Assembly (NCBI RefSeq): GCF_000018465.1
Contig: NC_010085.1
Span: 360,001-392,000 of the forward strand
DNA: 32,000 nucleotides
Reading direction: 5' to 3'
From: Nitrosopumilus maritimus SCM1
GTDB taxonomy: Archaea > Thermoproteota > Nitrososphaeria > Nitrososphaerales > Nitrosopumilaceae
Shown: one piece after another, positions 15,131 through 24,228 of the stretch
Position numbering within the stretch: position 1 is the stretch's first letter
Layout: each line of letters begins with the position of its first letter
The notes under the pieces: generated by a model
Seen by the model: the letters and a program-made list of their open reading frames with translations, nothing else
Told to the model about the DNA's origin: nothing
Database searches by the model: none
Program-made: the position numbers and the translations under genes

Positions 15131-15700
15131 CTAGAGTATTGTGTTGAAATATTTCCAACCGTAAAATGCTGCAACAGTTCCAATGACAAATAACATTGGT
15201 TTCCATGCAAATACTGGAAGTGCTGGAGTTGCAAGTTTTACTTTATAGTTGTCTACAATTGCATGAACATTTTTCTTAATTTTATCATGCCAGATACTGT
15301 ATTCTACTTGGTATTTCTTTAGAATCTCTTCTACTTCATAAACAACAGGTGTTCTTTGAGAAAACAAGTGTTGAAGATAATCTCTTGAGACCTCAACTTC
15401 TGCATGAATTCCAATTAGTCCTTTCTTGAGGTCTACCATTCTTACATGCATCTCCCAAGGTTTCTTTAGTTTCAAATTAAGACCATGTCCTATTTGGTCA
15501 GGCTGTTTATGTTCAAATTTTACTTTGGTAAATCCCTCTTCAGTAAAGATCTTTAACATTTCTTCAAAACTCTTCTTTACAACAACATGAAGTTGTTCTA
15601 CCCCTTCTTTATTGTCAACATCAATCTTGTGCTTTAATCCATCAAGAAATGATACTGTCTTTGGATATGTTGTAAGATATTCCAATATTTTGGTGGACAA
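15131..15700 (-). CDS. Hypothetical tail-anchored membrane protein, 189 aa (orphan)
   Basis: TTG start. Soluble ~160-aa domain, then a single C-terminal TM helix (WKPMLFVIGTVAAFYGW). Its 3' end is 1 nt from the convergent gene. Confidence 0.55.
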   Translation of the reverse strand: MSTKILEYLTTYPKTVSFLDGLKHKIDVDNKEGVEQLHVVVKKSFEEMLKIFTEEGFTKVKFEHKQPDQIGHGLNLKLKKPWEMHVRMVDLKKGLIGIHAEVEVSRDYLQHLFSQRTPVVYEVEEILKKYQVEYSIWHDKIKKNVHAIVDNYKVKLATPALPVFAWKPMLFVIGTVAAFYGWKYFNTIL

Positions 15701-15730
15701 AATACCTCTATTTAAAGCAGAACAACAACA

Positions 15731-16510
15731 TTACTGATTTTTTGGTGGATTTGATAGACCTCTAACATACACGCATTGATCTGGATCTATTGCCATCTCA
15801 AAAGAACTGATTTTTCTATCTGTAAGAGTTGCCCCAGAGTTTCTAACTATTGCAAATGGTTTTGACTCTGCGCCTTCACCCATCTTGTGATTTGCAATTG
15901 TAGCCAAATTATCTACAACTGCTTGAAATGTTACTTTGAGTGGATTGCCATCAAGATCTTTTTTTGACCTCATATCTAATACTGGCTCAATTCCTGCACA
16001 TGCAATTGCAACACCTGATGTTCCAATTCTTGCAGGCATTAACCTACTATCAACTAGGATAACTCCAACATGAATTAACATTTTCAAAAATATCTTTCTT
16101 CGCAGTTGTTCTGCTACCAAGTAAGGGTTATCTGGATACAAAATGACTTTACCTTTTTTTGCATTTGATTTGTCGATTCCGGCATTAGGTGCCATGATGT
16201 TATCTGATGATGTGATAACAAATCCTGCTATTCCTCCAAAAATTTTATCTGATTCTCTAATTACGACTTCAGCAATCTCTGGTTTTAACTGATATTTTTT
16301 TGAAACATCTAGTCCCTCTTTGGAGATTTGAATATTTTCAATATCCACAATTCTTCCCTGGGAGTTTGAGATGTATTTTGTTGAAATCACTATAACATCA
16401 CCATCTTCTAGTTTTGTCTCATTTTTTTCAAGTGTCTTCAAAAATACCTCAAAAACATCAAATTTTTCATCCATTCTATCTGCTAAAAGTGGTAAAACGG
16501 TTAATTGCAC
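15731..16510 (-). CDS. cofE: Coenzyme F420:L-glutamate ligase (CofE)
   Basis: 259 aa. GDVIVISTKYISNSQGR, APNAGIDKSNA, LVDSRLMPARIGTSGVAIA and ANHKMGEGAESKPFAIVRN match the CofE family pattern. Confidence 0.85.
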   Translation of the reverse strand: MQLTVLPLLADRMDEKFDVFEVFLKTLEKNETKLEDGDVIVISTKYISNSQGRIVDIENIQISKEGLDVSKKYQLKPEIAEVVIRESDKIFGGIAGFVITSSDNIMAPNAGIDKSNAKKGKVILYPDNPYLVAEQLRRKIFLKMLIHVGVILVDSRLMPARIGTSGVAIACAGIEPVLDMRSKKDLDGNPLKVTFQAVVDNLATIANHKMGEGAESKPFAIVRNSGATLTDRKISSFEMAIDPDQCVYVRGLSNPPKNQ

Positions 16511-16583
16511 AACATTGTGAGTGTGGTTTTTCTTTTTTATTGTTCTGAAAAGCTTTTAATCTCTAAAATGGTGGTTTTTGATT

Positions 16584-17852
16584 ATGAACATTGTAGAGAA
16601 GATTCTTGCTCGTGCATCAGGAAAATCGCAAGTTGCCCCTGATGATGTAGTTTTTGCAAAGGTCGACAAGGTAATGGTTCATGATGTTTCTGGACCTGGA
16701 GTTCTCAAGGTGTTTGATAAATTAAAAAACAAAGGTGTTGATGTCAGCAAACTTTGGGATCCTACAAAGGTATGGGTTGCTGAAGATCACTTTGTTCCTT
16801 CTGCAGAAAAAATATCTGCTGAAAATATCGTTAAATTATCAAATTTCACAAAAAACTATGGAATTGAAAAACACTTCAAATATGGAATGGGTCAGTATGG
16901 AATCTGCCATACATTATCTCATGAAGAAGCAATGGTGATGCCTGGTGATGTCTATGTTGGCGGTGATTCTCACACAAACACTACGGGTGCACTTGGTGCA
17001 TTTGCATGTGGGTTAGGTCATACTGATATTGCATATGTTTTGCTTAATGGACAAATCTGGTTTAAGGTGCCAGAGACTGATTATTTCAAACTAAACGGAA
17101 AACTCCCAGATCATGTAATGGCTAAAGATTTGATCTTGAAAATCATTGGCGATATTGGAACTGATGGAGGAAATTACAGAACAATGCAGTTTGGCGGTAC
17201 TGGGATTGATGAGATGTCTGTTGAAAGCAGATTGACACTATGTAACATGACAACAGAAGCTGGAGCAAAGAATGGAATTGCTGAAGCTGATCAAAAAGTC
17301 GTAGATTATCTTTCTAGTAGAGGTGCAACAAATGCACAAGTATTCAAAGGTGATGATGATGCACAGTATGCAAATGTGTATGAGTATGAAGCCTCTGAAA
17401 TGGAACCTCTTGTCGCAAAACCATTCTCTCCTGAAAATATTGCAGTAGTAAGAGAAGCTCCTTCAGTAGAACTTGACAAATCCTACATCGGTTCTTGTAC
17501 TGGGGCAAAGTATGAAGACTTGGAAGCTGCAGCAAAGATTCTCAAAGGAAAGACTGTAAAGATTAGAACAGAAATTCTTCCAGCATCTATCTCAATTTAC
17601 AAGCGTGCAATGGAAAATGGATTACTTACCATATTCTTAGATGCAGGCGTTACTGTAGGTCCACCAACTTGTGGTGCATGTTGTGGAGCACACATGGGTG
17701 TTTTGGCTAAAAATGAAATCTGCATAAGCACTACAAACAGAAATTTCCCAGGTAGAATGGGTCATGTAGAGTCTGAGACATATCTTTCATCTCCAATGGT
17801 TGCTGCAGCTTCCGCAGTAACTGGAAAAATCACTGATCCGAGGGATTTGTAA
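16584..17852 (+). CDS. Aconitase-family dehydratase large subunit, archaeal short type (LeuC/HacA-like)
   Basis: ~422 aa. Contains GDSHT. Fe-S ligand regions GSCTGAKYEDL and CGACCGAHMG. GGTGG lies 10 nt upstream of ATG 16584; the track's TTG 16578 adds 2 aa. Confidence 0.9.
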   Translation: MNIVEKILARASGKSQVAPDDVVFAKVDKVMVHDVSGPGVLKVFDKLKNKGVDVSKLWDPTKVWVAEDHFVPSAEKISAENIVKLSNFTKNYGIEKHFKYGMGQYGICHTLSHEEAMVMPGDVYVGGDSHTNTTGALGAFACGLGHTDIAYVLLNGQIWFKVPETDYFKLNGKLPDHVMAKDLILKIIGDIGTDGGNYRTMQFGGTGIDEMSVESRLTLCNMTTEAGAKNGIAEADQKVVDYLSSRGATNAQVFKGDDDAQYANVYEYEASEMEPLVAKPFSPENIAVVREAPSVELDKSYIGSCTGAKYEDLEAAAKILKGKTVKIRTEILPASISIYKRAMENGLLTIFLDAGVTVGPPTCGACCGAHMGVLAKNEICISTTNRNFPGRMGHVESETYLSSPMVAAASAVTGKITDPRDL

Positions 17853-18334
17853 TGAAAGGAAACGTCATAAAATATGAAAGAGACAACATCGATACTGATG
17901 TAATTATTCCTGGACAATACCTCAAGGTTCATGATTATGCTGAACTTGCAACTCACGCAATGGAAGGTCTAGATCCTGACTTTCATTCCAAAGTAAAGGA
18001 AGGTGATTTTATCTTGTCTGGAAAGAATTTTGGCTGTGGTTCATCACGTGAGCATGCCCCAATTGCATTGTCTCACTCTGGCGTCAAGGCAGTACTTGCG
18101 TTATCTTTTGCCAGAATCTTTTACAGAAATTCTGTTGATGGTGCATTTTTGTTACCAATTGAAATTGAAGAAGATGCATACAATGGAATCTCTGAAGGAG
18201 ATGAAATTGATATTGACATTAGCAAAAACGAAATCAATAACTTGACAAAAAATCAAACATACAAGATGAAACCATTCTCTGAGATTATTGGAAAAATAAT
18301 TGAAGCTGGTGGTCTCTTTAATTACAAACCATAG
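17852..18334 (+). CDS. Aconitase-family dehydratase small subunit, archaeal short type (LeuD/HacB-like)
   Basis: 160 aa. [16 protein letters not shown] and [14 protein letters not shown]. 1-nt overlap with the large subunit (TAATG). Confidence 0.9.
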   Translation: MKGNVIKYERDNIDTDVIIPGQYLKVHDYAELATHAMEGLDPDFHSKVKEGDFILSGKNFGCGSSREHAPIALSHSGVKAVLALSFARIFYRNSVDGAFLLPIEIEEDAYNGISEGDEIDIDISKNEINNLTKNQTYKMKPFSEIIGKIIEAGGLFNYKP

Positions 18335-18342
18335 GATTCAAA

Positions 18343-19758
18343 ATGGGAAAAACACTTTTTGAAAAAATTTGGGATGCACATGTTGTAGTTGGAAAAGAAA
18401 ACGGCCCATCTTTGATTTACATCGATAGACATCTAGTTCACGAAGTAACTTCTCCTCAGGCCTTTGATGGTCTTAGAATGAATAACAGAAAGGTTAGGAG
18501 ACCTGATCTTACCATTGCAACAATGGATCATAATGTTCCTACAACTGATAGGGGGCTTCCAATTTTAGATCAAACATCATCTGTACAAATTCAAACACTA
18601 GAAAAAAACTGCCAAGATTTCGGAATTAAACTATTTGATATTAACAGTCCTAATCAAGGAATAGTTCATGTCATTGGGCCTCAACTTGGAATCACTTTAC
18701 CTGGTTCCACTATTGTTTGTGGTGACAGTCACACTTCTACTCATGGTGCATTTGGTGCTCTTGCATTTGGAATTGGAACAAGCGAAGTAGAACATGTTTT
18801 GGCATCCCAGACTTTGTGGCTAGAAAAACCAAAACCCTTTGAAATTAGAGTAGAAGGAAAGCGAAAGAACCCTCATGCTGTTACTGCAAAAGATATCGTA
18901 CTATCCATTATCAAAAATATTGGAACTGGCGGTGGGACTGGAACTGTAATAGAGTACCGTGGTGAGGGAATAGAGGACCTTTCCATGGAGCAGAGAATGA
19001 CCATATGTAACATGTCAATTGAGGCTGGTGCTCGTGCTGGATTGATTGCCCCTGATGAGAAGACTTATGATTATCTTAGAGATAGGCAATACACTCCAAA
19101 AAACTATGAATCTCTTGTAGAATACTGGCGAGAAAATCTAAAATCAGATGATGATGCAAAATTTGAAAAACAATTCACATTACACATTGATGATATTGCA
19201 CCTCAAGTAAGTTGGGGAACAAATCCTGGAATGACTTGTGATGTAACTGAAACAGTTCCAACACCTGACGAGTTTTCAAAAGGCGATTCCAATCAAAAGA
19301 AGGGTGCAGAAAAGGCACTTGATTACATGGACCTTAAATCTGGAACACCAATTGAAGAAATTAAAATCGACAGAGTGTTCATTGGCTCTTGTACTAATGC
19401 AAGACTTGAAGATTTGATTGAAGCCTCCAAAGTAGTCAAAGGACAAAAAGTTTCTCCAGATGTTCGTGCAATGGTGGTTCCTGGCTCTCAAATGGTAAAG
19501 AAACAAGCTGAAGAGATGGGTCTTGATAAAATTTTCACTAATGCTAACTTTGAATGGAGGGAAGCTGGATGTAGTATGTGTCTTGGAATGAATCCTGATA
19601 TTTTATCTCCAGGAGAAAGATGTGCAAGTACTTCTAATCGAAACTTTGAAGGAAGACAGGGCACTGGTGGACGAACTCATTTGGTTAGTCCTGTAATGGC
19701 AGCTGCTGCTGCAATCAATGGACATTTTGTTGATGTAAGGAAGATGGATTTGAGTTAA
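18343..19758 (+). CDS. leuC: 3-isopropylmalate dehydratase large subunit, bacterial long type
   Basis: 471 aa. [53 protein letters not shown] and [12 protein letters not shown]. Confidence 0.93.
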   Translation: MGKTLFEKIWDAHVVVGKENGPSLIYIDRHLVHEVTSPQAFDGLRMNNRKVRRPDLTIATMDHNVPTTDRGLPILDQTSSVQIQTLEKNCQDFGIKLFDINSPNQGIVHVIGPQLGITLPGSTIVCGDSHTSTHGAFGALAFGIGTSEVEHVLASQTLWLEKPKPFEIRVEGKRKNPHAVTAKDIVLSIIKNIGTGGGTGTVIEYRGEGIEDLSMEQRMTICNMSIEAGARAGLIAPDEKTYDYLRDRQYTPKNYESLVEYWRENLKSDDDAKFEKQFTLHIDDIAPQVSWGTNPGMTCDVTETVPTPDEFSKGDSNQKKGAEKALDYMDLKSGTPIEEIKIDRVFIGSCTNARLEDLIEASKVVKGQKVSPDVRAMVVPGSQMVKKQAEEMGLDKIFTNANFEWREAGCSMCLGMNPDILSPGERCASTSNRNFEGRQGTGGRTHLVSPVMAAAAAINGHFVDVRKMDLS

Positions 19759-19759
19759 T

Positions 19760-20344
19760 ATGGAACCTTTCAAGAAAACAACAAGCATTGTAACTCCACT
19801 TGACAAAGTTAATGTTGATACTGATCAGATCGTACCAAAACAATTTCTAAAACTAGTACAAAAGTCTGGATTTGGAAAATTTTTGTTCTTTAACTGGAGA
19901 TATGATGAAAATGAAAACCCAAAATCTGATTTTGTCTTAAATGACTCAAAATATGATAACTCTCATATCTTGGTTGCAGGCGACAATTTTGGCTGTGGTT
20001 CTAGTAGGGAGCACGCAGTATGGGCACTCCAAGACTATGGTTTTTCAGTAATTATTGCCCCTTCATTTGCTGATATCTTCTTTAGCAATTGCTTCAAGAA
20101 TGGAATCTTGCCAATTTCTTTAGAGCAAAGTGTTGTTGAGAAACTACAACAAGAGTCTGAACCGATCGAAGTTGATTTAGAAAATCAAATAATCAAAACA
20201 TCTTCAGATGAAATACATTTTGAGATAGATTCTCACAAAAAGAAAATTCTCTTAGAGGGATTGGATGATATTGCACAAACATATCAATTTGAAGATAAGA
20301 TTTCTGAATTTGAAAAACAGTCTACAGTCCCATCTGTTTTATGA
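19760..20344 (+). CDS. leuD: 3-isopropylmalate dehydratase small subunit, bacterial long type
   Basis: 194 aa. VNVDTDQIVPKQFLKLVQKSGFGKFLFFNWRY and [17 protein letters not shown]. Starts 1 nt after leuC. Confidence 0.93.
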   Translation: MEPFKKTTSIVTPLDKVNVDTDQIVPKQFLKLVQKSGFGKFLFFNWRYDENENPKSDFVLNDSKYDNSHILVAGDNFGCGSSREHAVWALQDYGFSVIIAPSFADIFFSNCFKNGILPISLEQSVVEKLQQESEPIEVDLENQIIKTSSDEIHFEIDSHKKKILLEGLDDIAQTYQFEDKISEFEKQSTVPSVL

Positions 20345-21041
20345 TCTTCTTTACAGTTTTTTGATTTCTCTCCAAATATGAAGGAGATTCCGCATCAATC
20401 CATTCCTTATCTCCAACATCAAAAGCACTGATCTTTCCTTCCTTTGATAATTGTTGTAATATGTCGTAGGAGAGATTGATCTCTTTTTGTTTCTTCTTTG
20501 CCTTTATTTTTTGGATAATGTCTTTTTCAAGCATATAGATTCCAAAACATTCAGACAATTGTAATTTCATAACTGGTTTTTCTTTGAATTCTGTAATTAT
20601 TCCATCTTTCACCACTGCAAATCCTGTCTCTTCTCTTCTCTTTGTTCTAGTTGCAATGCATGCAGAACTCTTCTTTTTAGTAAATGTCTCTTTCATTTTT
20701 TTGAGATCTACTGCACACAGATTATCCACAAACCACAACACAAATTCAGATTCACCTTTTAGTTTTTTCTCAATGTGTAACAAATCTCCTCCAGTTCCAC
20801 TTTGAGAATCTTGAACAAAAGAGATGTTCTTTTGGTTTCCGTAATAGTTTTTGATTTGTCCTCCAAGACCGTTAAAATCTGAAATTATGATTATCTCTTT
20901 TATGAAATTGTATTTTTGAAGATATTTTATGATGTAATCAATCATTGGTTTCCCATCGATTGGTGTCATTGCTTTAGGAAAGAATTCTGTATATGGCTTG
21001 CCTCGTGTACCTTTGCCACCGGCTAAAATTATTGCCTTCAC
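20322..21041 (-). CDS. Sugar-phosphate nucleotidyltransferase (NTP_transferase family)
   Basis: N-terminal ILAGGKGTRGKP signature, 239 aa. GTG start 3 nt after the uS9 stop. Its 3' end overlaps leuD by 23 nt. Confidence 0.85.
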   Translation of the reverse strand: MKAIILAGGKGTRGKPYTEFFPKAMTPIDGKPMIDYIIKYLQKYNFIKEIIIISDFNGLGGQIKNYYGNQKNISFVQDSQSGTGGDLLHIEKKLKGESEFVLWFVDNLCAVDLKKMKETFTKKKSSACIATRTKRREETGFAVVKDGIITEFKEKPVMKLQLSECFGIYMLEKDIIQKIKAKKKQKEINLSYDILQQLSKEGKISAFDVGDKEWIDAESPSYLERNQKTVKKIIKQMGL

Positions 21042-21044
21042 AGT

Positions 21045-21494
21045 CTAACGATATGATTTTTGCTTTCTTCTTCTTGCACCAGGTCCACCAAACTTCTTTG
21101 GTTCTTTTCTTCTGGCGTCACCGCTGATTAGATATTTGTCATAATCTGTGATTCTTTTTCTAAGGTCTTCTCTGGTTGATTTTGGGAATGGATGATCTTT
21201 TGGATCTTTCTTTGATTTGGTCCATCCTGTTAGTGCTCTAGAGATTGCAGTTGCAACAGCACTTGCTTGTCCCATGAAACCTCCTCCTCTTACTCTAACA
21301 GAGATGTCAATTTTGTCTCTCAAATCCCCAGTGATTTCAAGTGGTGCTAAAATTACTTCACGAGCAGTTTCTTGAGGAATCATTTCAACTGGTACGTTGT
21401 TAATTCTAACTTTACCTTGTCCTTTAGTAATGTAAACATGTGCACTAGATGTCTTTCTAGTTGCAAAATAGATTTCAGTTTTTGGTGTTGTCAT
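21045..21494 (-). CDS. rps9: 30S ribosomal protein uS9
   Basis: 149 aa with the S9 core (RVRGGGFMGQASAVATAISRAL) and the characteristic C-terminus ...RRKQKSYR. Confidence 0.95.
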   Translation of the reverse strand: MTTPKTEIYFATRKTSSAHVYITKGQGKVRINNVPVEMIPQETAREVILAPLEITGDLRDKIDISVRVRGGGFMGQASAVATAISRALTGWTKSKKDPKDHPFPKSTREDLRKRITDYDKYLISGDARRKEPKKFGGPGARRRKQKSYR

Positions 21495-21955
21495 TCAGTC
21501 CACCCTATTACTCTGCATAATTCTCCCATCGTGGTGTAGTTTGATGGAGATTTTTTAATTTTTGCTTTCTCAAATTGAATCTTCTCAAGTGATTTTAGTT
21601 CTTTTGGAGAACCAATGTATGCTCTTAGTCTTTTAATTGACTCTTTACCTGATGGCTTTCTATCGTATGGTAACATTTGACGAATCATTTTTGTGATGAT
21701 TGTATCTGGTCTTCTGTAGTGTACAGGTCCGTGTTTTGGATTAATGATACTGTTAATTTCTAAAAATTCTCTATATTCTTTAATCAAGTTTGATCTAGTT
21801 CCACTGTACATGATCTTCTCACAGTTTACAATTGAAACTCTGTGTCCTTGTTTTAGTAATTTTGCAACATTTGATGATAATCTGCCAGCAATATGGTTGG
21901 TTGCATCTACTACGATTGGTCTGTCAGTTCTAACAACTGTCTCTTGACTAGCCAA
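21491..21955 (-). CDS. rpl13: 50S ribosomal protein uL13
   Basis: 154 aa. VVDATNHIAGRLSSNVAKLLKQGHRVSIVNCEKI. Sits in the L18e-uL13-uS9 order, with a 4-nt overlap with uS9. Confidence 0.93.
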   Translation of the reverse strand: MASQETVVRTDRPIVVDATNHIAGRLSSNVAKLLKQGHRVSIVNCEKIMYSGTRSNLIKEYREFLEINSIINPKHGPVHYRRPDTIITKMIRQMLPYDRKPSGKESIKRLRAYIGSPKELKSLEKIQFEKAKIKKSPSNYTTMGELCRVIGWTE

Positions 21956-22295
21956 GTAATACTACTCCTTTTCCAGTTGGGTTTTGTTCGATTAATTCTG
22001 AATAACTGATTAGTTTTCCACCATTTTCAATAATTTTGGTTGCTGCAGAGTTTGATATTGAAAATGAACATAATGTGATTTTGTGAGGTACATTGCCTGT
22101 TCCAAGAACTTTTCCTGGAAATACGACAGTGTCGTTTTCTTTAGTTAGTTTAGCGATTTTATTCAAGTTAATGTCTCTTCTGGCAATAGATGGTTTTAGT
22201 GCATATTCTGCTAGTTTTGCCCAAATTGGAGCATCGTTTTTAGCTGATGCAGACTTTAGATCCTTTGCCATGCGTATAACTACTTGATTAGTCAT
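21948..22295 (-). CDS. rpl18e: 50S ribosomal protein L18e (eL18)
   Basis: 115 aa. INLNKIAKLTKENDTVVFPGKVLGTGNVPHKITL fits the archaeal L18e pattern. Position after rpoD. Confidence 0.85.
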   Translation of the reverse strand: MTNQVVIRMAKDLKSASAKNDAPIWAKLAEYALKPSIARRDINLNKIAKLTKENDTVVFPGKVLGTGNVPHKITLCSFSISNSAATKIIENGGKLISYSELIEQNPTGKGVVLLG

Positions 22296-22338
22296 GTGAA
22301 TAATGCGGTTTAAAACCCAAATATAACGTATATGCTTT

Positions 22339-23004
22339 CTATTCGCTGATTTGGTCGATTGTATCTTTGAATTCGGCCAATCTATGACCTACTTCTTCTA
22401 CTCCTGACAAGATAATTTGCTCAGGATTAAGTGCTCCAGTTGATTCAACAGTAAGAATTCTCTCATCATCCTTGTCTGTTTCAGTTAACATTGAAACATT
22501 TGCAGAATTCCATTTTGCATGCTCTGTACCCCGTCCAAGTCTTGCATAACATTCAACTTTGATTCTTTGACCTGGTGCAAGTTCTACAATTGGAATTTTG
22601 TCTGATATTGGAGTAATAGAGTCGTCTTCAGATGATAGTTCGTTTGATAGAACTGTTCTTGTAACATCTGAATCTCCAGAATCTAAAACTAACATTACCT
22701 TACAATTTGAACATCCTGTTTCACTTTGACACTCACACTTTGATGGCTCGTTAAATCTGCTCAAATCCGTTTTGAGTGGTATGAGACCTAACCTATGTGC
22801 TAAACCTTCATCTGGTAAAACTGATGAATTTTCAATAATATCAACTGTGTCAACTGCAAAGACTGGAACACCATTGAGACAAACACGTCTTAGGGCATTT
22901 GCATATTGTAATGGTACGCCTTTGAGCTTTAAAGCTATTTTTTGATTATCTTTGCTAATTACTTCTAAGGATGACAAATCTTGATGAAAATCTTCAAAGT
23001 CCAC
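22339..23004 (-). CDS. rpoD: DNA-directed RNA polymerase subunit D (Rpo3)
   Basis: 221 aa. ANALRRVCLNGVPVFAVD (dimerisation domain) and GLIPLKTD, plus an Rpb3-like Cys cluster CECQSETGCSNC. Conserved operon position. Confidence 0.9.
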   Translation of the reverse strand: MDFEDFHQDLSSLEVISKDNQKIALKLKGVPLQYANALRRVCLNGVPVFAVDTVDIIENSSVLPDEGLAHRLGLIPLKTDLSRFNEPSKCECQSETGCSNCKVMLVLDSGDSDVTRTVLSNELSSEDDSITPISDKIPIVELAPGQRIKVECYARLGRGTEHAKWNSANVSMLTETDKDDERILTVESTGALNPEQIILSGVEEVGHRLAEFKDTIDQISE

Positions 23005-23084
23005 ATAAAAATCTAGCTAGTTTTGTGTATGGAATGTGTCTATTTTGAGATAATGCTTAAGTCCGATTTTCTTCTAGAAAACCC

Positions 23085-23438
23085 ATGGATTTTGAAAAAT
23101 TGTATTCTAATATTTTGAATTTAGATTCCTCCATCAGATATGCTGCAATTCAAAATAATACTGGTGTCAAGATTGCCGGTGGTTTTAGATCCGATGTCAC
23201 TCCAATTCTAAGTGATGAAGAATTACAGATGATGCACTATTATGCATCCCAAAGATGGCAGACAAGAAAAAATATTGAACACAAAATTGGTCCTGCAAAG
23301 TACGCACTAGCAGAATACGACAAAATCAAACGAATTACATTTCCAGTTGACGAAAAACACCTCTTGATGATTACTACTGAGATTGATGCTGATCATACTA
23401 GTATTATCAAAAAAATACTTGAACTAATTATCAATTAG
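23085..23438 (+). CDS. Hypothetical protein, possibly Roadblock/LC7-like fold
   Basis: 117 aa. The pattern IRYAAIQNNTGVKIAGGF ... KRITFPVDEKHLLMITTE resembles Roadblock/LC7 (MglB-like) proteins. This is a weak assignment from recollection. Confidence 0.5.
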   Translation: MDFEKLYSNILNLDSSIRYAAIQNNTGVKIAGGFRSDVTPILSDEELQMMHYYASQRWQTRKNIEHKIGPAKYALAEYDKIKRITFPVDEKHLLMITTEIDADHTSIIKKILELIIN

Positions 23439-23541
23439 AGAATCTTTCTTTTGAATTGATGTTGTGATGTTGTTGTAATGATTTCTGCACAATTTACAGT
23501 GTGTAGAGATAAATACCAAATTATCATACATCAAAATAGAA

Positions 23542-24228
23542 ATGGCCGATGTAACAGTTGCAAGATTCTCTTTTGAAGGAGAGAAATTTGAGATATTGGT
23601 AAAACCTGATCCAGCACTAGAGTACAAGCTTGGAAAGAAAAAAGATATTTCTGCAATTTTGGTTTCTGAAGACATCTACACTGATTCAGGAAAGGGAACA
23701 AAACCTTCTACTGAAAAACTACTCAAAGCTTTCAAAACTGAAGATCAAACTGAAATTGCTCAAATAATTATGCAAAAAGGTGATCTTAATCTTACAACTG
23801 ATCAAAGACGAAAGATGATTGAAGACAAGAAAAAACAGATTGTAGCATACATTGCAAAGACCTATGTCGATCCTAAAACTCACTTACCTCACCCACCTTT
23901 GAGAGTTGAGCAAGCAATGAAAGATGGAAGAGTTTCAGTTGATCCTCAGAAAAGTGTTGATGAACAAGTAAAAGATATTGTAGACAAACTTCGTTCAATA
24001 ATTGCTCTAAAATCTGAGAATTTGCAATTAGAGATTATCATACCTGCACAATATGCTTCACAATCATATGCTGTTCTAAAGTCAGTAGGTTCTCTGAAAA
24101 AAGAAGAATGGCAAAATAATGGTTCTCTAAAAGCAATACTTGAAATACCCGCTGCAGCAAGGCCAAACGTGATAGACAGATTAGGTTCTATAACCAAAGG
24201 TTCTGCTTCAGTTGAGGTAATGCAATAA
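23542..24228 (+). CDS. sdo1: Ribosome maturation protein SBDS/Sdo1
   Basis: 228 aa. VARFSFEGEKFEILVKPDPALEYK... is the typical FYSH-domain N-terminus. First gene of the exosome superoperon. Confidence 0.92.
   Translation: MADVTVARFSFEGEKFEILVKPDPALEYKLGKKKDISAILVSEDIYTDSGKGTKPSTEKLLKAFKTEDQTEIAQIIMQKGDLNLTTDQRRKMIEDKKKQIVAYIAKTYVDPKTHLPHPPLRVEQAMKDGRVSVDPQKSVDEQVKDIVDKLRSIIALKSENLQLEIIIPAQYASQSYAVLKSVGSLKKEEWQNNGSLKAILEIPAAARPNVIDRLGSITKGSASVEVMQ

Noticed and set aside
18026-18042. 17-nt exact repeat AATTTTGGCTGTGGTTC, also at 19985-20001.
   Set aside because: It falls on the conserved NFGCGSS(REHA) active-site motif of the two small-subunit paralogues. It reflects coding conservation, not a repeat element.
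23484-23507. Imperfect hairpin TCTGCACA-N8-TGTGTAGA between ORF 23085-23438 and the SBDS gene.
   Set aside because: The stem is 8 bp including one G-T pair, with no adjacent T-tract, and it lies next to a TATA-like GATAAATA. The support is too weak to call a terminator or an operator.
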